Positions 18,673-27,781 of a DNA stretch of 64,000 nt are shown piece by piece (position 1 is the first letter of the stretch; each line of letters starts with the position of its first letter). The DNA is from Escherichia phage inny: sequence record MN850601.1; one strand, written 5' to 3'. The position numbers and the translations under genes are program-made. The notes under the pieces are model-generated. The model was not told the origin of the DNA. It worked only from the letters and a program-made list of their open reading frames with translations, and searched no databases.

Positions 18673-19650
18673 TTAAGCAACAGTCTGGTCTTCTTTTTCA
18701 GGGAAGATTAAACTTGCAATAACACCCAACCCAAGAGTACCTAACACAATATACATACTGATCGTCGGATCAATGTGTGCTGGCAGGAAACTCACTTTTG
18801 CGTGCAGAGTTTCTGCAAACGGATGATACATCAGTTTTACACCCACAAACACCAGGACTACGATAACTGCTTTCTCCAGATGAACCAAATACTTCAGTGC
18901 AACACTAAGAACAAAGAACAGAGCACGTAAACCTAAGATTGCACAAAGCATCGAAGAGAACACCAGCAGAGGTTCTTGTGTCACTGCAATTACTGCTGGA
19001 ACAGAGTCTACTGCAAAGATTACGTCTACCATTTCCATTACAAACACACAAACCAGAGCCGGAGTTGCTACACGAACACCATTTTTGATTGTGAAGAACT
19101 TCTCACCATCCATCTGATCAGATACAGGGAACAGCTTACGAACAATACGAGTAGCCCAGTGTTTAGAGTAATCAATTTCTGCATCATTATCCCCAGCGAA
19201 TACCATTTTAGCCGCACAGAAAAGGATGACAGCACCGAAGAAGATATTAACATACCAGCCCAAACTCAACAAGTAAGTACCTACTGCTACAAACACACCT
19301 CGGAAGACAATTGCACCTGCAATACCCCAAAGTAGAATCTTGTGCTGCAAGTGTGTGCTTTTAATACCAAAACTTGCGAAGACTGCCACAAATACTACTA
19401 AGTTATCTACAGAAAGAGATTTCTCCAACACATAACCACTCAAGAACAAGCTCGCAAAATCAGCACCGTGTTGGAAGTATACAAAACCATAGTAGGCTAA
19501 TGATACCCCAATCCAGAAAATTGACCAACCAATTGCAGATTTAAATGAGATCTCTTTGTTTTCTCTGTGTCCAAAGAAGTCAATACAAATCGACAAGACT
19601 AAAATACCCACTAAAACAACCACATCAATAATTGGGAAACCCAGTTGCAT
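18673..19650 (-). CDS. terC: TerC-family integral membrane protein
   Basis: 325 aa polytopic; LEKSLSVDNLVVFVAVF and AVDSVPAVIAV repeat motifs. Confidence 0.8.
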   Translation of the reverse strand: MQLGFPIIDVVVLVGILVLSICIDFFGHRENKEISFKSAIGWSIFWIGVSLAYYGFVYFQHGADFASLFLSGYVLEKSLSVDNLVVFVAVFASFGIKSTHLQHKILLWGIAGAIVFRGVFVAVGTYLLSLGWYVNIFFGAVILFCAAKMVFAGDNDAEIDYSKHWATRIVRKLFPVSDQMDGEKFFTIKNGVRVATPALVCVFVMEMVDVIFAVDSVPAVIAVTQEPLLVFSSMLCAILGLRALFFVLSVALKYLVHLEKAVIVVLVFVGVKLMYHPFAETLHAKVSFLPAHIDPTISMYIVLGTLGLGVIASLIFPEKEDQTVA

Positions 19651-19664
19651 TCTTTTCTCCTCTT

Positions 19665-19690
19665 TAATGCGGAGGACAATCCTCCGCTCT
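19665..19690 (-). promoter_or_regulatory. hairpin GCGGAGG-N5-CCTCCGC in 5' leader of terC-like gene
   Basis: 7-bp inverted repeat 15 nt upstream of the terC-like start. Confidence 0.3.
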
Positions 19691-19727
19691 ATGTCTTATA
19701 CTATAAACTGTTTTTAAAGAAAGTCAA

Positions 19728-19976
19728 CTAGTTCAGTTCTGTAATTTTAAGTTTATCTTCTTTGTTAATGATAGGGAAAGCTACAGCATCACCTACGTCA
19801 TCAATAAAGCAAATAGCAATACCACCTTCCACTTTGCTAATCTGACCATTAAAGGCATGATACGGGGCAGGAACTTGATCTCCATCTTCAAGGAGAATAG
19901 CCTCGTAAACCTTGCCGATAGTACAATCACGAGTGTTTCTAAATTTTTCAAGCACTTCAACATTTACTTTACGCAT
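19728..19976 (-). CDS. hypothetical protein
   Basis: 82 aa ORF. Confidence 0.5.
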   Translation of the reverse strand: MRKVNVEVLEKFRNTRDCTIGKVYEAILLEDGDQVPAPYHAFNGQISKVEGGIAICFIDDVGDAVAFPIINKEDKLKITELN

Positions 19977-19990
19977 ATAAAAATCCTCTC

Positions 19991-20197
19991 TTATTTGTTA
20001 GATTGAAAGATACCACGAAGTACCGCAAGAATGAACGTCACACAGACTACACTCCAAAACGTTACAGGAACATGATGCCAGTCTAAACCGATAATGTCAA
20101 TCATATAGTTGTATGCTAAAAGCAGTAGCCAACTAGGGATTAACACAATCAAGAACACAACAATAAAACAACCTAATACTGCTAAAACACCTGCCAT
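19991..20197 (-). CDS. small membrane protein
   Basis: 68 aa, two hydrophobic helices. Confidence 0.5.
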   Translation of the reverse strand: MAGVLAVLGCFIVVFLIVLIPSWLLLLAYNYMIDIIGLDWHHVPVTFWSVVCVTFILAVLRGIFQSNK

Positions 20198-20206
20198 ACT
20201 TTCTCC

Positions 20207-20923
20207 TTATTTCAGTTTGTAAACAATTACATTTAAACCTTTGTTCACTAGAGTTTCTTCGATCATAAGTTTTACAATATTCCAAGAACCTCCAGCCAAA
20301 CCACAACCAAGCATTGGTAAACCTACAATTTTACCGCCTGAAGATACAACATCGTCTCCCATACTATCTAACGCATTGTAGATAGCTTCATAATTCAGGT
20401 CACGCTTACCTTCCTCACGACGACTATAACCATATTGTCCATATAAATTATAAATTGTCAAATTGTTTTCTGTATATTTGGTAAACGTACCTAATTTTTT
20501 ATAATCACCACGTTTAGTGGCACAATCTGCTTTAAACGCACCAGGCCACTTGCTTTTAATTTTTGGTGCAATACCACTACCCATAGTGCAAAAACAGTTA
20601 CAGCAGTGTGCTATAGCGTCTATATCGCCTCTCTCGGCTGCTGCTAAAAGATCACCGTATACCTCAATGATACCTGCCGGATAACTTGTTACAATTTCAT
20701 CTTCCCAATACATTTTCTCTACACCACCGATCAGTGCAAAGTTTTGTGTAATGCGATCATCAATATAGTTAAGACCTGAAACATACACAGCGTATTCATC
20801 CTGTGCTGTAATACCTTGCACACGAATTCTTAAGACACCATCTTTATCTGTTGCTACACGCCCAAAATCTTTTTCTGTAATATTGGTGATAGGATCTCCG
20901 AAAGTCATTACTTTATTAGACAT
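20207..20923 (-). CDS. macro-domain (ADP-ribose binding/processing) protein
   Basis: Track ORF trimmed to ATG (MSNKVMTF...) with AAGGGGA SD; IDAIAHCCNCFCTMGSGIA and LPMLGCGLAGGSW resemble macro motifs. Confidence 0.6.
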   Translation of the reverse strand: MSNKVMTFGDPITNITEKDFGRVATDKDGVLRIRVQGITAQDEYAVYVSGLNYIDDRITQNFALIGGVEKMYWEDEIVTSYPAGIIEVYGDLLAAAERGDIDAIAHCCNCFCTMGSGIAPKIKSKWPGAFKADCATKRGDYKKLGTFTKYTENNLTIYNLYGQYGYSRREEGKRDLNYEAIYNALDSMGDDVVSSGGKIVGLPMLGCGLAGGSWNIVKLMIEETLVNKGLNVIVYKLK

Positions 20924-21773
20924 AATAATCCCCTTTAACATTAGGTTTGTTGATAATGTTGCTTTCAAAAAATTGACGTAGGAAATCAAAGTTCTCTTTG
21001 TATTTTTCAATGTTATTGTAACCTTCTGCAAGGCAACCAAAGAACAGTTGTTCTACATAATACAAAGGAAGTTGTGAAAGTGCAATTTTAAAATCAACTT
21101 CGCTTTGACTCATTAGATACTTAATAGGACGAACCAAACATTTAGCATCAGCTTCTTGCTTAATCATTTTAATAAAAGCTGCCAGATTATTGATATAGTT
21201 GAAGTTAAGTGCAGCTTCGGTGTTGGCTTCTGTACCTTCATACTTTGCAAAGTACAGGAAAAACGTATCGTTTTCAACACCTTCTTTGTCTAAAATTTCA
21301 ATAAGTTTTTCTTCGTGTGTTCCTGTAATATTAACATCATCAATGAAAATCAGAGTTTTATTACCCCAGAAATCACGATTGATAGAGAAAGTGTCACCAT
21401 CGATCAAAGCCTTACGATCTTCTTTGCTAAGAAATCCATAATCATTGATATAGCTCACTTTACGATGAACGATATCCCACTCCACTGGTTTACCACCTTT
21501 GATAGAGATTAGGTAGTTGAGGTGATCTACAAAATGTTCAGATAACACTGTAGCTGCATTTTTCACATAGTTATATGGAGATGGAATAACAACAAAACTT
21601 TCATTTACCAGTCGTTCTTCATACTTAGAAAAGAAACTTTCAGCCAGAATGCGCCCCATTCTTTTTGCTGCCTGGTTACTACCAAACTTTAGTTTGGAAT
21701 AATCTGCAATGTTAAATTTTGCTTCCTTCAGGTTAGTAAAAGTATTAGCAAAATGTTGAATTTGATTACGCAT
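20916..21773 (-). CDS. phosphoribosyltransferase (PRTase)-like protein
   Basis: 285 aa; TLIFIDDVNITGTH resembles PRPP-binding motif. Confidence 0.5.
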   Translation of the reverse strand: MRNQIQHFANTFTNLKEAKFNIADYSKLKFGSNQAAKRMGRILAESFFSKYEERLVNESFVVIPSPYNYVKNAATVLSEHFVDHLNYLISIKGGKPVEWDIVHRKVSYINDYGFLSKEDRKALIDGDTFSINRDFWGNKTLIFIDDVNITGTHEEKLIEILDKEGVENDTFFLYFAKYEGTEANTEAALNFNYINNLAAFIKMIKQEADAKCLVRPIKYLMSQSEVDFKIALSQLPLYYVEQLFFGCLAEGYNNIEKYKENFDFLRQFFESNIINKPNVKGDYYV

Positions 21774-22422
21774 TAATAAGTTCCTCTTTTTTAAGTTTAG
21801 CCAACAAGTCTTCTGGATTAATAATATGACAGAACTTCATCCCTATGTCAACAGCTTTTCCATCATAAATCAAACTATCTCCAACGTGTAAAATCTCTTC
21901 TGGTGCGAGATCAAACGTCACCATTTCATCAAAAGAGAGTTTAAAAAACCTAGGATCTGGTTTACACAAGCAAAACTCGTCAGAAAAATGCATAAAGTCA
22001 AATGGTAATTTTGTTAAGCCAGAATATACAGCTAAGAAACTACCTGGTACAAAATTAGTATTGCTCTTAATACTCAAAGAGTAGGTTGAACTTAGCTCTT
22101 CCAACTTCTTGCAAAGTTCAGGATTCAATGTTGGAGGATGTTTTATAAACATTGCCAAACAATCTCTTTTTAACCCATCCACTTTATCAAGATCAATGTT
22201 CAAACGAGTAGAAAGTGTTACCCAAGCATCCTTAGACGTTCCACAAATGCCTTTTTCTGCTTTTAAATCCAAGAAAGTTTTTACCTCTTTGTATACGGTA
22301 GCTGCTTCTGCCTCAGAGCAAGAGGCATACTCGGCAATAACCTTGTTGCGCTCTTCTGCATACAAAGGGTTAGCAGTAATAAGAGTATTCCATACATCAA
22401 AAGAAATATGCTTAACAGTCAT
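21766..22422 (-). CDS. HAD-superfamily hydrolase
   Basis: Track ORF trimmed to ATG (MTVKH...) with GGAGGA SD; motif I ISFDVWNTL, motif IV HVGDSLIYDG. Confidence 0.55.
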   Translation of the reverse strand: MTVKHISFDVWNTLITANPLYAEERNKVIAEYASCSEAEAATVYKEVKTFLDLKAEKGICGTSKDAWVTLSTRLNIDLDKVDGLKRDCLAMFIKHPPTLNPELCKKLEELSSTYSLSIKSNTNFVPGSFLAVYSGLTKLPFDFMHFSDEFCLCKPDPRFFKLSFDEMVTFDLAPEEILHVGDSLIYDGKAVDIGMKFCHIINPEDLLAKLKKEELINA

Positions 22423-22591
22423 TTTTAATCCTCCGTCCAAAAGAATATCATCTGCTTAATTTTATTGATTTCTTGATGTAGTAACTTTCCAGCATGTGAT
22501 TGATCTTTAATATTGACAGCAAGAATTTCAAGTTCCGTTAGTTTTTCTTGGATAGCTTTATATTCATCATCTGTAAGCATTTTCTTCCCCT

Positions 22592-22783
22592 TTAGAATGG
22601 TAATCTTTGTATGTCACTTATCCCCACACCAAGAAGTCTAGCAATATCCTTATCTAAAAGCAACTCTTTTTGTTCTAAAATGTTAATCAGATCTCCTAAT
22701 ACTTCTTTAATGTCACGATCATTTTTAGCAACGTGACCACCTGCTGTATCAACTTTATCTTTAAAAACAAAGTAATGATCCAT
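22592..22783 (-). CDS. hypothetical protein
   Basis: Track ORF trimmed to ATG (MDHYF...) with GGAGGG SD; 63 aa. Confidence 0.45.
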   Translation of the reverse strand: MDHYFVFKDKVDTAGGHVAKNDRDIKEVLGDLINILEQKELLLDKDIARLLGVGISDIQRLPF

Positions 22784-22795
22784 AATACCCTCCAT

Positions 22796-22828
22796 ATAAA
22801 TAAAGGAGGCTTTCGCCTCCTTTTATCA
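22796..22828 (-). terminator. hairpin GGAGGC-N4-GCCTCC with flanking T tracts
   Basis: Perfect 6-bp stem immediately downstream of AAA ATPase gene stop. Confidence 0.45.
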
Positions 22829-22829
22829 C

Positions 22830-23990
22830 TTAGTAAGAACGACCACCAAACACATACTCTGTGTAGTTTTTACGTTCTTTGTTTTTAATAACAACTTCAA
22901 TGTTGTTGCCTTTATCATCGGTGAACACAAAGTGATAACCGTCACCACCCATTGTACGGATGTGTTTTTCATCATACGTCAGCAAGATACGGTCTACACC
23001 CCAGTAGTAGTCACCTTCTTCATCTTTGTCTTCTACTGTAACGACCCCTTCCATTTCAGGAAGATGCTCCTCTCCTAGCTTATGGTCTACAGCTACAACA
23101 TAACGATTACCGCTAAACAAACCCTGTGCTGTCATACCGTCAATATCGGTATCTGCCGAAACATCTCCTGTACGATCTACACCGTTAACTTTCAGGAGTT
23201 TAACTTCTTTTGCAGCATAGCGGTGTTCAGTAATACTGATACCCATTAATGCAAGTGCATCAGAGAATTTGTCATTAGGGTAACGGTTAAGTTCTTCTAC
23301 TAGTGACTGAACAATATCAAAGTTCAAGTCCACGGAAAGATTATAAAGCGTTTCAAAATCTGGTAAAAAGGCTTTGTTCTCCAGATTTTTAGCCAGATAG
23401 TCATCCATAGTAGCTTTAGGTAGTTTCTTATAGCTAAAACTGTAGAAAATACGGCTAGGACGATTACGCAAAAATTCTGATACATAACCATCATTTTTAG
23501 TCAATACAAACAGCTTGTCATAGCCACCTACACCATCCAGCAGAGTAAGCAAACCATCCTGTGCATCTTTTTCAGCATACAGTTTATCAAATTCATCGAT
23601 CATAATCATCACAGGTTGTGTGATTTTAGACATAAAATTGATAAAGCCTTCGCCATTAAAAGCACTACCGATAGAAATAGTAGGAATACCCATTTCACGA
23701 AGAGCAGAAGACAGCATTTTAGCTTGCAAAGTTTTACCACTACCCTTCGTACCCTCAAGGAGAACACCTGTGTTTTTACCTTTGCGGCTAAGGAACGTCT
23801 TGATAATACGTTCTGATTTATCATCAGTATCACCGTATGTTACTGAAGGGACTTCCATATCGTTTTTAGGATACAGGAAGAACTCACCACTTTGAGTAAC
23901 ACCTACACCAAAAGTTCCTGCTGGAATTTCTTCAATATCTGTACCAGATTTCTGACGCAGGAAGATTTGATTGCCGAATACTGTAAACAT
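22830..23990 (-). CDS. AAA+ ATPase (classic AAA clade)
   Basis: 386 aa; Walker A GTKGSGKT, Walker B IMIDEFDK, LLTLLDG, FLRNRPSRIFYSF; paralog of 39536..40663. Confidence 0.75.
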   Translation of the reverse strand: MFTVFGNQIFLRQKSGTDIEEIPAGTFGVGVTQSGEFFLYPKNDMEVPSVTYGDTDDKSERIIKTFLSRKGKNTGVLLEGTKGSGKTLQAKMLSSALREMGIPTISIGSAFNGEGFINFMSKITQPVMIMIDEFDKLYAEKDAQDGLLTLLDGVGGYDKLFVLTKNDGYVSEFLRNRPSRIFYSFSYKKLPKATMDDYLAKNLENKAFLPDFETLYNLSVDLNFDIVQSLVEELNRYPNDKFSDALALMGISITEHRYAAKEVKLLKVNGVDRTGDVSADTDIDGMTAQGLFSGNRYVVAVDHKLGEEHLPEMEGVVTVEDKDEEGDYYWGVDRILLTYDEKHIRTMGGDGYHFVFTDDKGNNIEVVIKNKERKNYTEYVFGGRSY

Positions 23991-24010
23991 AGTTTTCTCC
24001 TCTATTTAAT

Positions 24011-24481
24011 TTAGTCAGATTCCCAAATGTTGTCTTTCTTAACCCACATTCGTTGATTATCTGAACCTCTATAACGTTTCGTTGTTGGTTGATTCATATC
24101 ATACTTACCATCTATCACTATGTCAACCAGTTTTTTAATTTTCTCTGGAATTTCTTCAAAAAGATATCCTGTATATAAGACAATATCTTTTTTGTTTCCA
24201 AAACAATCTCTTACCTTCTCAAGAACATACTCTACAGTGTCAATGTTCTCTTTGTCAAGAGGTTCACCACCTAAAACTGTTAATCCTTTAATGAAAGGTC
24301 GAGATAAATCTTCCAAGATAAGATCTAATGTTTCAGTAGTGAACTCTTGTCCGTAGTTATACGACCAGGCTTTCTGGTTAAAGCAGCCACGGCAACCGTG
24401 GCTACAACCGCTCACCCACAAAGAGCATCTTACACCATCACCGTTGAGCATGTCAACAGGTTCATATCCGGCGTAATTCAA
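24011..24481 (-). CDS. nrdG: anaerobic ribonucleotide reductase activating protein (radical SAM)
   Basis: 156 aa; LNGDGVRCSLWVSGCSHGCRGCFN (CxxxCxxC cluster); directly downstream of nrdD. Confidence 0.9.
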   Translation of the reverse strand: MNYAGYEPVDMLNGDGVRCSLWVSGCSHGCRGCFNQKAWSYNYGQEFTTETLDLILEDLSRPFIKGLTVLGGEPLDKENIDTVEYVLEKVRDCFGNKKDIVLYTGYLFEEIPEKIKKLVDIVIDGKYDMNQPTTKRYRGSDNQRMWVKKDNIWESD

Positions 24482-26277
24482 AAATGTTTCTCCCTTTCTA
24501 GTACCTCTTGCATTTTACCTTTATTATAAGGGCGAGAGTTAGGGGCAGAAAGGTATCCTGACACTCTTCTGATTACAGATATAGATTCTTCCTCATGATT
24601 GCCACAACTTGGACACTCGAAGCCTTTAGCTGTTGCCTTAAATTCACCATGAAAACCACATTTGAAACACTGATCTACAGGTTGGTTCACGCCAAAATAA
24701 GGAATTTTGTTGTAGGCATAATCTACAAGAGTTTCCAGTGCTTGCAAGTTATTTTTAAGGTTTGGTGTTTCTACATAACCTATGTTCCCACCGTTACTGA
24801 TTTGTGCAAAACCTTCCTCATAATCCCACTTTTGGAACGGGGTAGTGTGCATCCACACAGGTTGATGGAAAGAGTTTGTCAAGTAGTCACGATCAATAGA
24901 ACCAGGATAGCGATCATTTAATGCTTTGGCAAATTTATAGCACAAGGATTCTGCTGGTGTTCCATACAAACTAAAAGCTAAACCAGAACGTTCTTTAAAT
25001 GTGCCACAGATATCCTTCATATATTGAAGGATGTTTTTACCCATTGCTTTTGGATTGGTGTTACCTGGGTATAAAATCTCCATAGCTTCTGCTAAACCTA
25101 CATAACCGATACTAATAGAGGCATAACCACCTTCAAATAGTTTACCAATCTCTTCATTAGCTTCTAGTCGAGCTAAAGCCCCTTCCATAAACAATGTAGG
25201 GTTTTGAGATGCTTTGGTATGTCTAATACGGTTAACACGTAGCATATGTGCCTTATACGCCATCTCCATATGTTGTTCCAACAGTTCAGTAAATAAGATG
25301 CCCTTTTCACGGGACTCTGCTGCAATGATAGGTAAGTTTAAAGAAACTACGCCTAAGTTGAAACGACCATCATATTTTTCACCTTGCTCTGTTGCATAGT
25401 ATGACAAGAAGCTACGGCAACCCATGCTTGTGACGCGACCATCTGAAGATCCTGTAACTTCTTTATTTAAAGGTACAGAGATAAAATCAGGATAAATGCG
25501 TTCAGCACAACACTCCATTGCCAGTTGCTTCAAATCATAGTTTGGATCGCCAGCTTTCATGTTAACACCATCTTCCAAGAAGAAGATAACTTTAGGAAAC
25601 ACAGGAGTTACCCTATCTTTTCCCAATCCTTGTTTGTGCACCATTAGGTAGTTTTTAGTGATCATTCTACCAAAAGCAGAGGTATCCAAACCTAAACTAA
25701 TTGTTATAAAAGGTGACTGACCATTTACACTCATTAGAGTGTTCACCTGGTAGATTAAAGTTTGCATTGCATCATAGACCTGTTTATCTACCATACGCAT
25801 AGCAATATCATAATCGCCAACATCGGCATATATTTTATTAAAACTTGCTTTAACGTATTGACTAAGCCCAGTATCAACATGTGCACAAGTTTGTCCACCA
25901 TATTGGCTAGAAGCTACTGCTTGAATAATTTGAGTTAGGACAGTAGTCGCTACACCGATAGATTTTGGTTTTTCAATATGTGCATTACCAATACGGAAAC
26001 CGTTCTCAAGCATATCTTGGTAATTTACCAGGCAACAATTAGTTAAAGGTGAGAGTAAATAATCTAAATCGTGAATGTGACCATACCCACTTTTATGCCA
26101 TTCTGCCAGATCTTCCGGTAAAATATGGGTCATTGCCATGTGCTTGCTTAGGATACCTGCTAGTAAGTCTCGGTGAGTATTAACAATCATTGCAGGTTTG
26201 TTTGCATTTTCACGAGTAAATTCTTCGGATGTTTGTTCGAGGAATCCGATTACATCCTCATATAGTTTTTGGGTCAT
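24478..26277 (-). CDS. nrdD: anaerobic ribonucleoside-triphosphate reductase
   Basis: Track ORF trimmed to ATG (MTQKLYED...) with GGAGGA SD; C-terminal zinc ribbon CFKCGF...CPSCGN and glycyl-radical region IRRVSGYLSAPNSRPYNKGK. Confidence 0.92.
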   Translation of the reverse strand: MTQKLYEDVIGFLEQTSEEFTRENANKPAMIVNTHRDLLAGILSKHMAMTHILPEDLAEWHKSGYGHIHDLDYLLSPLTNCCLVNYQDMLENGFRIGNAHIEKPKSIGVATTVLTQIIQAVASSQYGGQTCAHVDTGLSQYVKASFNKIYADVGDYDIAMRMVDKQVYDAMQTLIYQVNTLMSVNGQSPFITISLGLDTSAFGRMITKNYLMVHKQGLGKDRVTPVFPKVIFFLEDGVNMKAGDPNYDLKQLAMECCAERIYPDFISVPLNKEVTGSSDGRVTSMGCRSFLSYYATEQGEKYDGRFNLGVVSLNLPIIAAESREKGILFTELLEQHMEMAYKAHMLRVNRIRHTKASQNPTLFMEGALARLEANEEIGKLFEGGYASISIGYVGLAEAMEILYPGNTNPKAMGKNILQYMKDICGTFKERSGLAFSLYGTPAESLCYKFAKALNDRYPGSIDRDYLTNSFHQPVWMHTTPFQKWDYEEGFAQISNGGNIGYVETPNLKNNLQALETLVDYAYNKIPYFGVNQPVDQCFKCGFHGEFKATAKGFECPSCGNHEEESISVIRRVSGYLSAPNSRPYNKGKMQEVLEREKHF

Positions 26278-26290
26278 TAATCCTCCGTGG

Positions 26291-26318
26291 AAAATAAAAG
26301 CCAGCATTAAGCTGGCTT
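26291..26318 (-). promoter_or_regulatory. stem-loop AAGCCAGC-N5-GCTGGCTT + T tract abutting nrdD RBS (terminator/attenuator)
   Basis: 8-bp perfect stem followed on minus strand by TTTTATTTT, about 14 nt upstream of nrdD ATG. Confidence 0.5.
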
Positions 26319-26366
26319 TAGGGTGGATCTTTATTTTAAATCTTTTTCGTAAGATTGTCCTTGATC

Positions 26367-27317
26367 TTAGTCAAGGTTTTTGGTAATACGTGTACAACCA
26401 TCAGAAGTCAAACCGTCAACTTGAGTTTCCCAAGTGCCATGAATATTTCGGAACAATGTTGTTACACCTTTTGGTTCATTAATAATGATTGCCATAACAA
26501 GTTTAGGATCGATAACAGACATAATCTTTTCCTCAATACCCTCTGTAATAACATTATTACGCACAATATTAATTACATCTTCTTGTACAGAAAGGGTACT
26601 TACGTTCTTAAGAGTATATACCTGCTGCGTAGTGTAAATGATACGAACATAACTTACAGAACGAGTAGGCACAGGTTTACGCGGTCGGCGAAAACGTGGT
26701 TTTGGTGAAGATTCAGTCTTACTTTCATTTTTTGAATAATACTCCTCAAACAGTTTAGTAAATGTTTTTACATCAACTACAAACCGATCTTTCCTATATG
26801 GAGAATTCTTATGTGCACCATTAATACCACTGTTTTCATCGAAGAAAGTAATGTTTTCTTCAGTTGAATATGTTAGATAATGGTTTGCATCTTTCCAATG
26901 TGGTTGTGGACAATGCGGATTACAAACGGAAAGCAGATAACTAATATCTTCTTCCGTTGCACTAGTATCCAAGAAACACGTATTATGCACAGTCAGTTCT
27001 ACTTTTGCAACCATATCCATTTCTTTATCCTCATTGGCAAGATATTCAGTACGAATAATCTCCAGAAAACCTTCAGGTGTTACTTCCATAAATGTGTATT
27101 CAGGGTGAAGTTCCATATATTCAAATCCACAACCATCTAATTGCTGTAGGAAGTTAGGATAGAAGAACAAGTCATTAACACTATGAATCAGATCATTGAT
27201 TTCTGCTTCAGATGTGTAACCAAAACTTTTGTGAATTGCTTCATTAAGAATATGCAGGATACCCATCTCTTCTGCTGCTTTTTTAACTTCCAGTTTATTA
27301 GCGTAAAATGCAATCAT
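26367..27317 (-). CDS. hypothetical protein
   Basis: 316 aa ORF. Confidence 0.55.
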   Translation of the reverse strand: MIAFYANKLEVKKAAEEMGILHILNEAIHKSFGYTSEAEINDLIHSVNDLFFYPNFLQQLDGCGFEYMELHPEYTFMEVTPEGFLEIIRTEYLANEDKEMDMVAKVELTVHNTCFLDTSATEEDISYLLSVCNPHCPQPHWKDANHYLTYSTEENITFFDENSGINGAHKNSPYRKDRFVVDVKTFTKLFEEYYSKNESKTESSPKPRFRRPRKPVPTRSVSYVRIIYTTQQVYTLKNVSTLSVQEDVINIVRNNVITEGIEEKIMSVIDPKLVMAIIINEPKGVTTLFRNIHGTWETQVDGLTSDGCTRITKNLD

Positions 27318-27334
27318 TATGTTCTCCTTCTAAA

Positions 27335-27769
27335 TTAGTTTAAAATTTCTTTGGCAATGGTAGAAGCAAGTTTTCCATCATATTGATTAGGATACTCTGC
27401 TTTAAGGTGTTTCATCATATCTGGCATTTTCTTGCCTGTCAAGGCAAATTCTTCAGCAATCGCTCGAAGGTCATCTTCAGATAGCATTTCTGGTAAATAT
27501 TTTTCCAGAGTGGTGATATCACGCATAGCTCGCTCACATTTGCTAATGGAAGCATTAACTTTCTTAAGTGAGTCTAGCTCCTCTTTAGCGTGTGCAATAC
27601 CAATCTTAACAATGTTAATCATAATATCATCTTCTGATTTATTTAGATTTGCCTTTTGAGTACGAGCAAGGTCAAACTCACCAATAATATTAGTTAACAA
27701 AGCAAAAGCACCCTTATCGGTTGTACGTGCTAAGATACGATCTGCTTTCATTTGTGTCACAATAGACAT
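27335..27769 (-). CDS. GatB/YqeY-domain protein
   Basis: 144 aa; KYLPEMLSEDDLRAIAEEF...MKHLKAEYPNQYDGKLASTIAKEIL resembles YqeY family. Confidence 0.65.
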   Translation of the reverse strand: MSIVTQMKADRILARTTDKGAFALLTNIIGEFDLARTQKANLNKSEDDIMINIVKIGIAHAKEELDSLKKVNASISKCERAMRDITTLEKYLPEMLSEDDLRAIAEEFALTGKKMPDMMKHLKAEYPNQYDGKLASTIAKEILN

Positions 27770-27781
27770 TCTATTCTCCTC

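Noticed and set aside
24478-26277. Group I intron or intein in nrdD or DNA polymerase (as seen in some phages)
   Set aside because: Both ORFs are continuous with all expected motifs in order and normal length.
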